Below are positions 40,773-50,978 of a stretch of DNA of 64,000 nt, piece by piece. The DNA comes from an uncultured Methylomirabilota bacterium (lineage in GTDB: Bacteria > Methylomirabilota > Methylomirabilia > Methylomirabilales > 2-02-FULL-66-22). The notes below the pieces were generated by a model, which saw only the letters and a list, made by a program, of their open reading frames with translations, searched no databases and was not told the origin of the DNA. Each line of letters begins with the position of its first letter. Position 1 is the first letter of the stretch. The DNA is taken from contig CAWJSJ010000002.1 of NCBI GenBank assembly GCA_963845565.1, positions 128,001-192,000 on the forward strand, in the 5' to 3' direction. Made by a program: the position numbers and the translations under genes.

Positions 40773-41657
40773 TCAGGCGGCCCAGATTTTCGGGAAGGAC
40801 ACCCGCATGGTGAATCCAGCCTGGGGATGATTGTGGCAGGTGCAGACCTGCACGTCCCCCCGAACGCTCAGGAGCATCAGCGCGTCGGCTCGGCTGAGCT
40901 GCAGCCGTTCCCGCAGGATGCCGACCATCTCCTCCACCGCGATGCGCATAGTCTCCAGGCAATCGGCGTGCGCCGCCATGGTGCCGACGCGCCCCTCCCG
41001 CTCCAGCCGGGGCCAGCGGAGCGCCATACCCTTTTTCAGTCCGACCCGCAGGGTCACCTCGGACGGCAGATCGAACCCGCCCCCGGACAGCTCCCCATCC
41101 CCCATGCTGGCATGGACATCCCCGAGGCCGAAGAGTGCTCCCGGCACATTCACCGGCAGGAACACGGTCGCCCCGGGCGCCACATCGTTGTTGTCCATGT
41201 TGCCGCCGTGCGACCCGGCGTACATGTTGCTGACCGGCTCCCCGGCCGGCGCCGTGCCGATGGTCCCGATCATCGGCCGGATCGGGAAGCGGATCTCGGG
41301 CGTGAACACCACGTCGTTCCCCTCGACCCGGAGGATCTTCGCCTGGGAACGGTCCACCACCCCCGTGACGAGGCCCCAGGTCGGTCGGATCGTGGTGTAA
41401 CCCAGGGGGCCCGGCCGGATCTCCAGGATGTCCAGGGTCAGCGCGTCGCCGGGCTCGGCCCCCTCCACCGCGACGGGCCCCGTGGCCGGGTTCGGTCGGA
41501 ACCGTTCCGTGTAGTAGCGGTCCGCCTCGCTCCGGATCGTCCCGTCGTGGGAGTCTTCGGTCTCCAGGCAAAGGACATCGCCCGGCCGCACGGTGACGAC
41601 CGGCGGGATGCTCTTGTCAAACGCGCCGAACGTCTTGTCGCGCCCAACACGTATCAT
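40773..41657 (-). CDS. Acetamidase/formamidase family protein
   Basis: NPATGPVAVEGAEPGD, HGGNMD, GDVHASMGDGE. Confidence 0.92.
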   Translation of the reverse strand: MIRVGRDKTFGAFDKSIPPVVTVRPGDVLCLETEDSHDGTIRSEADRYYTERFRPNPATGPVAVEGAEPGDALTLDILEIRPGPLGYTTIRPTWGLVTGVVDRSQAKILRVEGNDVVFTPEIRFPIRPMIGTIGTAPAGEPVSNMYAGSHGGNMDNNDVAPGATVFLPVNVPGALFGLGDVHASMGDGELSGGGFDLPSEVTLRVGLKKGMALRWPRLEREGRVGTMAAHADCLETMRIAVEEMVGILRERLQLSRADALMLLSVRGDVQVCTCHNHPQAGFTMRVSFPKIWAA

Positions 41658-41761
41658 ACTCACCTCGGCGCGAGGATTCGTACTTCTCGAAACCTCGCCG
41701 AAAGATTCGGTTGATCGTGTCCCGTGTGCGTCTTGTGCGTCTTGTGGCGATACGATCCGGC

Positions 41762-42601
41762 TCAACCCGCGAGGAGCTGCCGGAGGTATTTCGCCGAGGT
41801 GCGCGCCACGGGCTCAGGGTCGCCCTCCGAGGCGATGACCACGGAGGCCGAGCCGGGGCGACCTTCCTCGCGGAGCACCCGGGCGATCGCCGGCCAATCC
41901 AGGACCGGTTTGTTCACCAGGACGCCGGGCGGGTAGCGGCTCGGCTCGAAGAGGTGGATGTGCTGGGCCCGACCGCGGGCCGCCCGGATCCCGGACTCGA
42001 TCGAGCGCTCGGCCCCGTAGAGCTGATGGGTATCCAGCATAGGCGCGAAGGCCGGGCTGCCGATCCGGTCCACCCACGCCATCACTTCGTCCATGGTGTT
42101 GATGTAGCTGGTGAACTCCGTCTCGGCCGCCTCCAGCAGGATGGTCGCCCCGACCCGCTCGGCGTGGGCGGCCAGCTCCCGGAAGACCTCGTCGGCCATC
42201 CGGTCCATCTCGGCCTTGGTGGCGCCCGGGATACCCTTCCCACGACAGATCCCGAGGTGGACCCGGCTCCGGAAGTATCCGCCGAAGTCGAGCATCGCCT
42301 TGAAGCCGCGGAGCGCCCGGCGACGAATCTCGGGATCTTCATGGATCAGGGCCAGCTTTTGCGCGGCGATCCGGCCTGAATTCACCACCGGCATGACGGC
42401 GCCCGTCGCGGCCAGCGCCTTCTCGAAGGCGACCGGATCGGGCACGCGCTCCGGATCGGGCATGAACTCGATGCCGTCGTACCCCCAATCCACGGCGGTC
42501 CGCCCCAATTCCTCCGGGGTACCGGTCAGCACCTTGACCAGAAAGCCCAGGGACAGGAAATCCGGCGTGGAAGCGAAGAGGCACAGGCGAATCGGTGGCA
42601 T
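41762..42601 (-). CDS. Sugar phosphate isomerase/epimerase (xylose-isomerase-like TIM barrel)
   Basis: GYDGIE, LLE, LDTHQ, HIHL, R.PPG. Confidence 0.82.
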   Translation of the reverse strand: MPPIRLCLFASTPDFLSLGFLVKVLTGTPEELGRTAVDWGYDGIEFMPDPERVPDPVAFEKALAATGAVMPVVNSGRIAAQKLALIHEDPEIRRRALRGFKAMLDFGGYFRSRVHLGICRGKGIPGATKAEMDRMADEVFRELAAHAERVGATILLEAAETEFTSYINTMDEVMAWVDRIGSPAFAPMLDTHQLYGAERSIESGIRAARGRAQHIHLFEPSRYPPGVLVNKPVLDWPAIARVLREEGRPGSASVVIASEGDPEPVARTSAKYLRQLLAG

Positions 42602-42709
42602 GAGGGCTCCTTCCAGTGTGGGCGCGGAGGGGTTGACCTGGCTTCGGTCCGGCAACACTCGGCCCGCGGAGCGCCACTCCGGACGCCCCGCGGGCTTGCA
42701 CGCTCCTGA

Positions 42710-42859
42710 CAAGCTGCTGAAAACTCATTCGGCCCAGGCCGCTCAAAAAGACCCAGATGCCAGGCGGCACGTCGCAGCCCGAGCGAGGCGTACTGGAGGT
42801 ACGTCGCAGCGAGTGGCGAGGCGGGCCAACGTCGCAGATGGGCCTTTTTCAGCGGCCGG
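42710..42859. mobile_element. MITE-like element of about 150 bp, copy 2
   Basis: CAAGCTGCTGAAAA...CCCAGATGC...GAGGCGTAC...GTACG...GATGGGCCTTTTTCAGCGGCCGG. Confidence 0.75.
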
Positions 42860-42869
42860 CTAAGGATAC

Positions 42870-43931
42870 CTACTTCATCTCTCGGATCTGCTTGACGATG
42901 CTCTCGCCGTTCGGGATCTGCTTCAGATACTTGTCGTACACCGGCTGGACCGCCTTCTGGAACCCGGCGATGTCGATCTGCCGCTCGATCTTGTTCTTGT
43001 ACTGCGTCTCGGCGGTCTTGAGCGCGGCCTCGTCGTAGTAGTTGCTGAACCAGCGCATGTAGTCCCGCGACGTTTCGGCGGCCTTCTGGAACACCTGCCG
43101 ATCAAAATCGCTCAGGCTCTTCCACCAGGCCAGGTTGGCGATCACCACCGCGGGATTGTAGAAGTGATTGGTGATCGACACATAGGGTGTGACCTCGACC
43201 GTCCGGTTGTTGAGGTGGTTGATGGCGGGGTTCTCCTGCCCGTCGATCACCCCTTGCTGCAGCGAGGTGAACACCTCGGGCCAGGCCATGGCCACGGCCT
43301 GCGCCCCCATGGCGTTCAGGCTGTCCACCATCACCGGGCTCTCCATCACGCGGATCTTCAGGCCCTTCAGGTCGCTGGGCGACTTCACCACTCGCTTGGA
43401 GTTGGTGAGCTGCCGGAATCCGTTTTCGTACCAAACCACGCCATAGAGACCCTGCTTCTCGAACTCGGCCAGGATCTGGCGGCCGATGGGGCCGTCCAGA
43501 GCCTTGTAGGCCTGCTGCGTGTTGGTGAACAGGTAGGGCAGGTCCACCAGTTTCATCAGCGGGTTGAAGGCCGACAGGGGGCCGGTCGAGGTCATGGTGA
43601 GCTTCATAGTGCCCAGCTTCACGCCTTCGACCAGATCGCGCTCGCCGCCGAGTTGGGAGCTGGGATACGCCTCGAACTTGAACCGCCCCTTGGTCATGTC
43701 CTCGACGATGGACGCCATGACCCGCATGCCGACCCAGTAGTGGGACTGAGGCGGTGCCGTCGACCCGACTTTCAACACCACTGGGCTTTTGTCGCCCCAG
43801 GCTTCCGTGGCCCCGGACTGCCCTGCTGCCGGCTGTCCTGCCTGGGCAACTCCCTGGAGGGCTGATACCGCCGCCAGGAGCATTACTGCGGCCACCATCG
43901 CTACCCACGTCGCCGTCCTCCGCGTTGCCAT
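42870..43931 (-). CDS. dctP: TRAP transporter substrate-binding protein
   Basis: YPSSQLGGE, ENGFRQLTN, DLKGLKIRV, LQQGVIDGQENP. Confidence 0.95.
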   Translation of the reverse strand: MATRRTATWVAMVAAVMLLAAVSALQGVAQAGQPAAGQSGATEAWGDKSPVVLKVGSTAPPQSHYWVGMRVMASIVEDMTKGRFKFEAYPSSQLGGERDLVEGVKLGTMKLTMTSTGPLSAFNPLMKLVDLPYLFTNTQQAYKALDGPIGRQILAEFEKQGLYGVVWYENGFRQLTNSKRVVKSPSDLKGLKIRVMESPVMVDSLNAMGAQAVAMAWPEVFTSLQQGVIDGQENPAINHLNNRTVEVTPYVSITNHFYNPAVVIANLAWWKSLSDFDRQVFQKAAETSRDYMRWFSNYYDEAALKTAETQYKNKIERQIDIAGFQKAVQPVYDKYLKQIPNGESIVKQIREMK

Positions 43932-43989
43932 GACATTCCTCCTTGTGTGATGCGGTTCTCGGTCGATCGAACCGGCGATGCGCATACCG

Positions 43990-45267
43990 TTAGCGCATGA
44001 AGAGCCGGGGCACCAACAGCACCGTATCCGGAACAAACATGATCAGCACCAAGACCACCAGGATTGCCCCCAACAGAGGGAGGCTGGCCCGAAAAACCTG
44101 CATGATCGGCACCCCCCCGATTTGCGCGGCAACGATGGTACACACCGCAACCGGCGGCGTGATGAGACCGATGGCCAAGGCAACGATCGTGATCAATCCA
44201 AAGTGGGTCAGGTCCAAGCCGATGAATCGCACGACCGGGAGAAACATCGGGACGAGAATGATAATATTTGCGCCCAGGTCCATGACAAAACCCGCCAAGA
44301 GATACACCGCCACGATGAGACAGAGCAGGACCGTCTTGTTTGAGGTGATGGAGGTCATGATCTGAAAGACCTGGATATGCAACTGGAGAAACGTGAGGAT
44401 CCAGGCGAACAGCCCTGCCGCCGCGATGATGTACATGATGATCGCCGTACTCTTTGCCGCCGCCGCCAGGACCTGGGGGACGTGGGAAACTTTCAGCTCA
44501 CGGAACGCCAGCAAGGCCACGGCGAGGGCGTAGACGACCGCGACGACGGCGGCCTCGGTCGGCGTGAACACGCCAAAGAGGATGCCCCCCACGATGATCC
44601 CCGGCATGACCAGCGCCAGCACCCCGTCCCGCAACGAAGACAGAAATTCCCGGAACTGAAAAGACGTGCGATTCCCCCACGCGTACTTCCGGGCCTTGTA
44701 ATAGTTCACCGCCATCAGGGCCAGCCCGATCAGGATCCCCGGGACCATCCCGCCCAGAAAGAGGCGGGTGATCGACTCGAGCGCCACCATCCCGTAGATC
44801 ACCATGGGGATGCTTGGCGGAATGATGATGCCGATCACCGAGGCCACCGCGACGAGGGCCGTGGCGTAGTCCCGCGGAAAGCCGCCGTGAACCATCATGG
44901 GAATGCTGAGCGGACCGAGGGCGGCCGTGTCCGCCACTGCTGCCCCCGAGATGCCGGCAAAGAACATATTGGAGAGCACCGTGACGTGTCCCAGGCCCCC
45001 CGTGACGAATTTCGTGGACTCGTCGGCGACCCGGATGACGCGGCGCGCCACCCCGCCCTGCTCCATGATCTGCCCCGCCAAGATGAAGAAGGGCACCGCC
45101 AGGAGGATGAAGACGTCGGAGCCCGTGAAGAGCCGCTGCGTGATCAATCCCAGCGGCATATCGGGAATGATCACGATCGCGATCCCGCAGATGACCGTCA
45201 GGGCATAGGCGATCGGCATGTTGAACGTGACGAGAATGAGGAAACCGGCGATCAGCCAGAGGCCCAT
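43990..45267 (-). CDS. dctM: TRAP transporter large permease
   Basis: LLAVPFF, GISGAAVAD, IIPPSIP, FTPTEAA, ITPPV. Confidence 0.95.
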   Translation of the reverse strand: MGLWLIAGFLILVTFNMPIAYALTVICGIAIVIIPDMPLGLITQRLFTGSDVFILLAVPFFILAGQIMEQGGVARRVIRVADESTKFVTGGLGHVTVLSNMFFAGISGAAVADTAALGPLSIPMMVHGGFPRDYATALVAVASVIGIIIPPSIPMVIYGMVALESITRLFLGGMVPGILIGLALMAVNYYKARKYAWGNRTSFQFREFLSSLRDGVLALVMPGIIVGGILFGVFTPTEAAVVAVVYALAVALLAFRELKVSHVPQVLAAAAKSTAIIMYIIAAAGLFAWILTFLQLHIQVFQIMTSITSNKTVLLCLIVAVYLLAGFVMDLGANIIILVPMFLPVVRFIGLDLTHFGLITIVALAIGLITPPVAVCTIVAAQIGGVPIMQVFRASLPLLGAILVVLVLIMFVPDTVLLVPRLFMR

Positions 45268-45752
45268 TTGTCGATCTCCTCCTTTTGCTGAGAGCCCGGC
45301 CGGGGGAAAAAGACATAGCACGCCAGATTGAGCAGCATGATGACGGCCGCCAGCGGAATCGCCGCATAGGGAATCCCCATGGGCAACTCCATGGCCGGGG
45401 ACGGCTGGCTCATGTTGACCAACACCAGGCCAAACCCCGTGAACACCACGGTGAGCAGGGTCGCCACATACAGCAGGGCCATAGCAATCTCGGTCACGCG
45501 CTGCCAGCGCGGGGAAAAGCTCTTGGTCAGCAAGTCCATCCCCGGATGCCCGCCCTGCTTGACCACCACCGCCGCGCCGATCCAGATGATCCAGACGAAG
45601 ACGTAGCGCGCGACCTCTTCGGACCAGGACAGCGGCTGCTGGATGAAAAACCGGAAGATCACCTGGGTGAAGACCACGACGACCATGACACCAAGAAGGA
45701 TCTGGGTCAGGAGGTCCGCGGTCCGATTCACCACCTCCACCAATCGTCGCAT
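45252..45752 (-). CDS. dctQ: TRAP transporter small permease
   Basis: QVIFRF, WSEEVARY; four TM helices. Confidence 0.92.
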   Translation of the reverse strand: MRRLVEVVNRTADLLTQILLGVMVVVVFTQVIFRFFIQQPLSWSEEVARYVFVWIIWIGAAVVVKQGGHPGMDLLTKSFSPRWQRVTEIAMALLYVATLLTVVFTGFGLVLVNMSQPSPAMELPMGIPYAAIPLAAVIMLLNLACYVFFPRPGSQQKEEIDKWASG

Positions 45753-45790
45753 ACGTTGCTCACCTCCACGAGCAGCGGCCGGAGGATCGG

Positions 45791-46825
45791 TCAGCGCCGG
45801 TATCGGGCCAGCTTGGCCTGGAACCCGGCCCGCGCAACAACCTCGGTGTTCACGATATGCTTCGGGATCTCCCCCCGGAAGACCGCCAGACACGCCTCGC
45901 AGTCGGCGATGGCGTTGTCCCTCACGATCTCTTCGGTCCACGCGATGGCGTGGGGCGCCAGGATCACGTTGTCCAGTGAGAGGAGCGGATCGGCCGGGTC
46001 GATTGGTTCCTGGTCGAAGACATCCAGTGCGGCGCCGGCGACGCGCCGCTCGGCCAACGCGGTGTGAAGCGCGTGCGGCTCGATGATTCCGCCCCGCGCG
46101 CAGTTCACGAGGAACGCCGTGGGCTTCATCAGCCCCAGTTCGCGCGCGCCCAGCAGGTGGCGGGTCTCCCGGTTCAGCAGGCAGTTGATCACGACGAAGT
46201 CGGACTGGCGCAGCAGGGTCGCAAGATCGACCAGCTCCACTCCAAGTGCGTCCGCAGCGGCACGGGACGCGTAGGGATCACTGGCCAGGATCCGGCCGGG
46301 GCCAAGCGGGCGGACCAGCCGGACGAACTCCGCTCCGATGTTGCCCAGGCCGACCGTGCCGACCACCCGCCCCTGGACGCACACACCGAGGCCCACACCA
46401 TCTCCGCGCCACGTCCCGGCCCGAATCGCCCGGTCCTTCGCCCTGAGCCCCTTCGACAAGGCCAGCAGCATCGTGAGCTCCGCCTCGGCCACGGGGCGCC
46501 GCACGCCGTCCGGCGTAATGCAGAGCGCAACGTCGTTCGCCGTGCAGGCGTCCACGTCAATCATGTCGTACCCAACCCCCCACCGCGCGATGACCGTCAG
46601 CCGGTCGTGCCCGGTGAAGCTGTCCGGGCCGAACTTCAGGGCCATATTGATCACCGCATCCGCATCCTGGAGCTGTGCCGGTGTCGCCGTCGGCCCGGCT
46701 TCCGCAAGCCGTTCGTACACCAGCCCCGGCACCCCGTCAAATCGCTCCGCCAGCATCGGATCGATCAGTCCCTTGGCGTGGCGATCGAAGTCGGGGGTGA
46801 TGCCCACCCGAAACATGTCGCTCAT
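45791..46825 (-). CDS. D-isomer-specific 2-hydroxyacid dehydrogenase
   Basis: RWGVGYD, GLGNIG, VNCARG, ALDVFDQEP, PH. Confidence 0.92.
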   Translation of the reverse strand: MSDMFRVGITPDFDRHAKGLIDPMLAERFDGVPGLVYERLAEAGPTATPAQLQDADAVINMALKFGPDSFTGHDRLTVIARWGVGYDMIDVDACTANDVALCITPDGVRRPVAEAELTMLLALSKGLRAKDRAIRAGTWRGDGVGLGVCVQGRVVGTVGLGNIGAEFVRLVRPLGPGRILASDPYASRAAADALGVELVDLATLLRQSDFVVINCLLNRETRHLLGARELGLMKPTAFLVNCARGGIIEPHALHTALAERRVAGAALDVFDQEPIDPADPLLSLDNVILAPHAIAWTEEIVRDNAIADCEACLAVFRGEIPKHIVNTEVVARAGFQAKLARYRR

Positions 46826-46848
46826 CGGCCCCTCCATCGCCGGCGTCG

Positions 46849-47826
46849 TCAGCGCGCGCGGCTGGTCAGCAGTCCCACCACCTTCTGCAGGACATGCTCC
46901 GAAGTCATCTCATAGTGGTCGAGCAGGTCGTTGACGTGGCCGGTGTGGATGAAGTCGTCGGGGTCGGTCCCGATGGCGCCGACCGGCACGCCACAGCCGG
47001 TGCCAGCCAGGGTCTCGGCGACCAGCGAGTACAGGCCGCCGCTCCGACAGTGGTTCTCCGCGGTCACGATGACGGGCACCTTCCCGGCCAGGTCGCGTAC
47101 CAGATCCCGATCGAACGGTTTCAGCGACGGATGATGATCCACGCGGACCCGGATGCCTTTGTCCCTGAGCTTTCGCGCGGCCGCCTTGGCGGTCCGGATC
47201 ATGTATCCGGTGCACACGATCCCGGCGTCTACGCCGTCATCCACCACCGTCACGCCTTTGCCAAGTCGGAAGCGGTAGCCGTCGGCGACCTCGTTCTGCG
47301 CCACCTCGCACCGGACGATCCGGAGATAGAACGGCCCGGGGGTTTCGACGGCCACGCGGAGCGCCTGCGCCATTTCGTCGTTGCAGCCCGGCTCGATGAC
47401 GGTGAGGTTCGGTATGCGCAGGAGGATTCCGAGCTCCTTATCGCTCTGGTGGGTCGCCCCCGCCTTGCCGGTGAACAGGCCGGCGTACGCCCCCAGCACC
47501 TTCACGTTGAGATTCCCGTAAGCCACCGTGACATAGAGTTGATCCATGTACCGGCGGCAGAACGCATCGAAGGTGCACGGAAATGGGATATAGCCCTCTT
47601 GCGAAAGGCCGGCTGAAATAGCCATCAGGTTTTGCTCTGCAATGCCGACTTTTACGAGCTTGTCCGGATGGAAGTGCTCGAAGATGTGGAGTCCTGACGA
47701 GGTCCGCAGGTCGGCGTCCACGGCGACGATCCGTGGATGCTCGGCGGCCAGGTCGGCGAGCGCGTAGCCCATCTGGAATCGCATCTCGGTCGTCTTTTCC
47801 CGGGCGGGGATCGTGAACTGTGCCAT
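46849..47826 (-). CDS. Split transketolase, C-terminal subunit (set 1)
   Basis: DADL, GIAEQN, GATHQ, GPFYLR, LKPFD, ENH. Confidence 0.92.
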   Translation of the reverse strand: MAQFTIPAREKTTEMRFQMGYALADLAAEHPRIVAVDADLRTSSGLHIFEHFHPDKLVKVGIAEQNLMAISAGLSQEGYIPFPCTFDAFCRRYMDQLYVTVAYGNLNVKVLGAYAGLFTGKAGATHQSDKELGILLRIPNLTVIEPGCNDEMAQALRVAVETPGPFYLRIVRCEVAQNEVADGYRFRLGKGVTVVDDGVDAGIVCTGYMIRTAKAAARKLRDKGIRVRVDHHPSLKPFDRDLVRDLAGKVPVIVTAENHCRSGGLYSLVAETLAGTGCGVPVGAIGTDPDDFIHTGHVNDLLDHYEMTSEHVLQKVVGLLTSRAR

Positions 47827-47837
47827 GATCAGGCTCC

Positions 47838-48875
47838 TCAGGCCTGGCGATCGGTGATCTGATCGGGATTGCCGTGCAACGGGCCGACGATCTCGATGGC
47901 GGTGTGCAGCGCGGCGGGAAGCTCTGCGGGGATCCCCAGACGCTTGCCGTCCTGCTCCCACAACTCGCGCAGCCAGGCGCCGGCGGCAGCGGCGTCTCGC
48001 GGCGCCGAGGTGTGCCAGTTGGGATTGTACTGGCACTCGGACACCTTCTTCCCCTTGACCGTGTTGAGGATGATCGCGATGGGTCGTCCACGGCGCAGCT
48101 GCCGCAACTGGGTGAACAGGTTGACGAGCTCGGACACGTCATGGCCGTTTCGCACCTCATAGACATCCAGACCAAAGGCGCGCAGCTTGTCCGCGAACGG
48201 TTCGAGGCTCATGTCCTGGCTCAGAAACCCCTTCGCTTGGACCTTGTTGTAGTCCACCACGAAGACCATATTGTCCAACCGGTAGTGAGACGCCGCCATG
48301 AACGCCTCCCACACCGATCCTTCGTTGCACTCGCCGTCTCCGGTCAGCACGTAGACGGTCCGGTCGTTGTGATCGGGACCGTTCCGGCGCATTCCCAGCG
48401 CCCGGCCGACCGCGACGCCGGGAATCTGGCCCAAGGAGCCACCGCTGATCTCGATCCCGGGCGTCCGCAGCCAGTCGGGGTGAGATTCCAGGTGAGAGTC
48501 CCAGCACCCATAGCCCTTGAGATCCGTCAGCGGGAAGTACCCGAACAGCGCAAGGGCCGTGTAGTGCCCCGGGCAGGCATGGCACTTCGACAGATAGAAG
48601 ACGTCTCGCATCGCCCACTTGGGATCGCGCGGATCATGGCGTAGGGCATAGTTGTACAGGACCGCCAGGAACTCCGCCTCGCTGAAACTCCCCCCGGGAT
48701 GTCCCAGCCCGGCGCAGGTCATCTCGTGCACCGTGTAGCTTCGGATGAGATAGGCGAGCGTCTCGGTGTTTCGGAGCAGATCGGCGTACTCGCCGTGGAA
48801 CGGCAGGCAGTCCACAGACGTGATTGGGCGCGCTCGCCATGGCTGCCAGAACTCACGAACGTCGAAAGGATCCAT
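47838..48875 (-). CDS. Split transketolase, N-terminal ThDP-binding subunit (set 1)
   Basis: GHPGGS, SKCHA, GSLGQ, GDGECNEG...YN, TVKGK, WH. Confidence 0.92.
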   Translation of the reverse strand: MDPFDVREFWQPWRARPITSVDCLPFHGEYADLLRNTETLAYLIRSYTVHEMTCAGLGHPGGSFSEAEFLAVLYNYALRHDPRDPKWAMRDVFYLSKCHACPGHYTALALFGYFPLTDLKGYGCWDSHLESHPDWLRTPGIEISGGSLGQIPGVAVGRALGMRRNGPDHNDRTVYVLTGDGECNEGSVWEAFMAASHYRLDNMVFVVDYNKVQAKGFLSQDMSLEPFADKLRAFGLDVYEVRNGHDVSELVNLFTQLRQLRRGRPIAIILNTVKGKKVSECQYNPNWHTSAPRDAAAAGAWLRELWEQDGKRLGIPAELPAALHTAIEIVGPLHGNPDQITDRQA

Positions 48876-48896
48876 CGACTCTCTCCGCGTGACGGG

Positions 48897-49673
48897 TCAT
48901 ATCTCCACGATACGCAATCCAGCGATCCCGTGCGCCAGTGCGTCCCGGTACAGGCCGACGTCGCTGCGATATGCGATACAGCGAAAACCCATCTCTGTGA
49001 GCGCGAGGCCTTCGTCGTGGCTAAACGCCAGAAAGCCTGCCGCCTTGCCGGTGGCGTCGGCCGCTTGGACGATCGTCCGGAGCGCCTGAAGGTACGTGGG
49101 ATGGGCGTACTGGCCGGGAACGCCGAGGGATGTCGAGAGGTCCATCTGCCCCATCCAGAGAACGTCGATGCCCTCGACGGCCGCGATCTCCCGGCACCGC
49201 TCCACACCCTGCGCAGTCTCGATCTGGGCTATCAGCATCGTCTCGGCATTGGCCCGTCGCATCGCGCCGGCGACGTCTTCCCCTCGGTAGTCGTCGTGGG
49301 CCAAGCCACCGGAGACGCCGCGCCGCCCATCTGGTGGGTACTTCGCCGCCTCCACGATGCGTCGAGCCTGTTCTGGCGTCTCCACCAGGGGAACCATGAT
49401 CCCCAACGCGCCGACATCGAGGAGACGCGAGATCAGGTGCGACTGGAGCGTCGGCACGCGGACGAGGGGGACTGGCCGCGTGAAGCGCATCACCGCCATC
49501 GCCCGCGCCAGCGTCTCTAGTTCCCAGGGGGTGTGTTCCTGGTCGAAGAGTACGAACTCCGCTCCGGCCGCCTCCGCAATCCGGCCGATCCCGGGCGTAA
49601 CGAACTCGAACACCATCGTCCCGACGAGTCGCCTTCCAGCAGCCAGTTGCCGCTTCACAGGATTCTCGCGCAT
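48897..49673 (-). CDS. HpcH/HpaI family aldolase
   Basis: DQEH, LVRVP, YPPDGRRG, QIET, GQMDLS. Confidence 0.92.
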   Translation of the reverse strand: MRENPVKRQLAAGRRLVGTMVFEFVTPGIGRIAEAAGAEFVLFDQEHTPWELETLARAMAVMRFTRPVPLVRVPTLQSHLISRLLDVGALGIMVPLVETPEQARRIVEAAKYPPDGRRGVSGGLAHDDYRGEDVAGAMRRANAETMLIAQIETAQGVERCREIAAVEGIDVLWMGQMDLSTSLGVPGQYAHPTYLQALRTIVQAADATGKAAGFLAFSHDEGLALTEMGFRCIAYRSDVGLYRDALAHGIAGLRIVEI

Positions 49674-49688
49674 CTCTCTCCTTGGCGG

Positions 49689-50978
49689 TTATCTCCGCCC
49701 GAACAGAAGATTCGGAACCCAGAGACTGAGCGATGGAAATGCTATCAGAACAGCGACAGCGGCCACCATGCCGACGAGGAAGACGAGGCACTCGGGAAAC
49801 ACTTCCTCCATCTTCGAGTCGGTGACCATACAGGTGGTGATCAAGCACGGGGCGACGGGTGGAGTCACCAGGCCGACGGCCAGCGTCGAGACCAGAATCA
49901 CGCCGAAGTGAACACCGTCGTAACCGAGCTGTCTCGCCACCGGCAGGAAGATCGGCACGAGGATGACGATCGCCGGGGCGGGATCCATGAACATGCCGGC
50001 CAGGAGCAGAAGCACGACCAGTCCGCCCATCGTCACCGCGGCGCCCGGAGAGTTGGCGATGATCCACTCCGCCAGGCGCTGGGGGACCCGATCCGCCGAC
50101 AGGATATACGCCACAAGCGACGCGCCGGCCATCATGAAGAGGATGCCGCCCGAGTCCCGGGCCGACTCCTTGATCGTCTGCCAGAGGTCGCGTCGGTCGA
50201 GATTCTTGTAGACCACGCCCGCAACCAGAATGCAGTACAGGGCGGCGACCGCGGCCGCCTCTGTTGCCGTGACGACGCCGCTGAAGATTCCGCCCAGGAT
50301 CACAATGGGCGTGAGCAGGGCCCAAAAGCCGTCCTTAAACGTCGCCGCGACCTGCCGAACCGAGAATCGCTGGTCGCCTTCCCAGCCTTCACGTATGGCC
50401 CTGAGGTGATTGACCCCCATCATGATGAGCCCGAGGAGGATGCCCGGGATGAGGCCGGCGGCCAGGACGCGGCCGACGGACTCGCTGGCGGAGACAGCGT
50501 AGATCACCATGGGGATACTGGGGGGAATGATGATGGCCAGCGTTGAGGTGACCACGGACAAAGCGACTGAGTAGTTCTTCGGATAGCCCGCGTTGACCAT
50601 CGCGACAACCTCGATCCGCCCCAGGCTTCCCGCATCCGCGACCGAGGAGCCGGAGATGCCCCCGAAGATCATGCTTCCGACAACATTCACGTGGCCTAGC
50701 CCGCCGCGCAGCCAGCCAAAGAGCGCGCTCGCGAACTCGAAGATTCGCTGGCTGGTCCCTCCCGTCTCCATCACTCGGCCAACGAAGAGAAATAACGGCA
50801 CGGCGATCAGGAGAAAGCTGTTCAAGCCGGTAAACATCATGATGGGAATCAGGCCAAGCGGCGACGACCCGAAAAGCCAGAGAGAGCAGACCGCCGCAAG
50901 CGTGATTGAAAATGAAACAGGCGTCCCGACGCAAAGAAAGAGTGCCGTGAATAGAAACCAGCCAGCCGACACGCTCAC
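49689..50978 (-). CDS. dctM: TRAP transporter large permease
   Basis: GISGSSVAD, IIPPSIP, TATEAA, VTPPV. Confidence 0.93.
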   Translation of the reverse strand: MSVSAGWFLFTALFLCVGTPVSFSITLAAVCSLWLFGSSPLGLIPIMMFTGLNSFLLIAVPLFLFVGRVMETGGTSQRIFEFASALFGWLRGGLGHVNVVGSMIFGGISGSSVADAGSLGRIEVVAMVNAGYPKNYSVALSVVTSTLAIIIPPSIPMVIYAVSASESVGRVLAAGLIPGILLGLIMMGVNHLRAIREGWEGDQRFSVRQVAATFKDGFWALLTPIVILGGIFSGVVTATEAAAVAALYCILVAGVVYKNLDRRDLWQTIKESARDSGGILFMMAGASLVAYILSADRVPQRLAEWIIANSPGAAVTMGGLVVLLLLAGMFMDPAPAIVILVPIFLPVARQLGYDGVHFGVILVSTLAVGLVTPPVAPCLITTCMVTDSKMEEVFPECLVFLVGMVAAVAVLIAFPSLSLWVPNLLFGRR

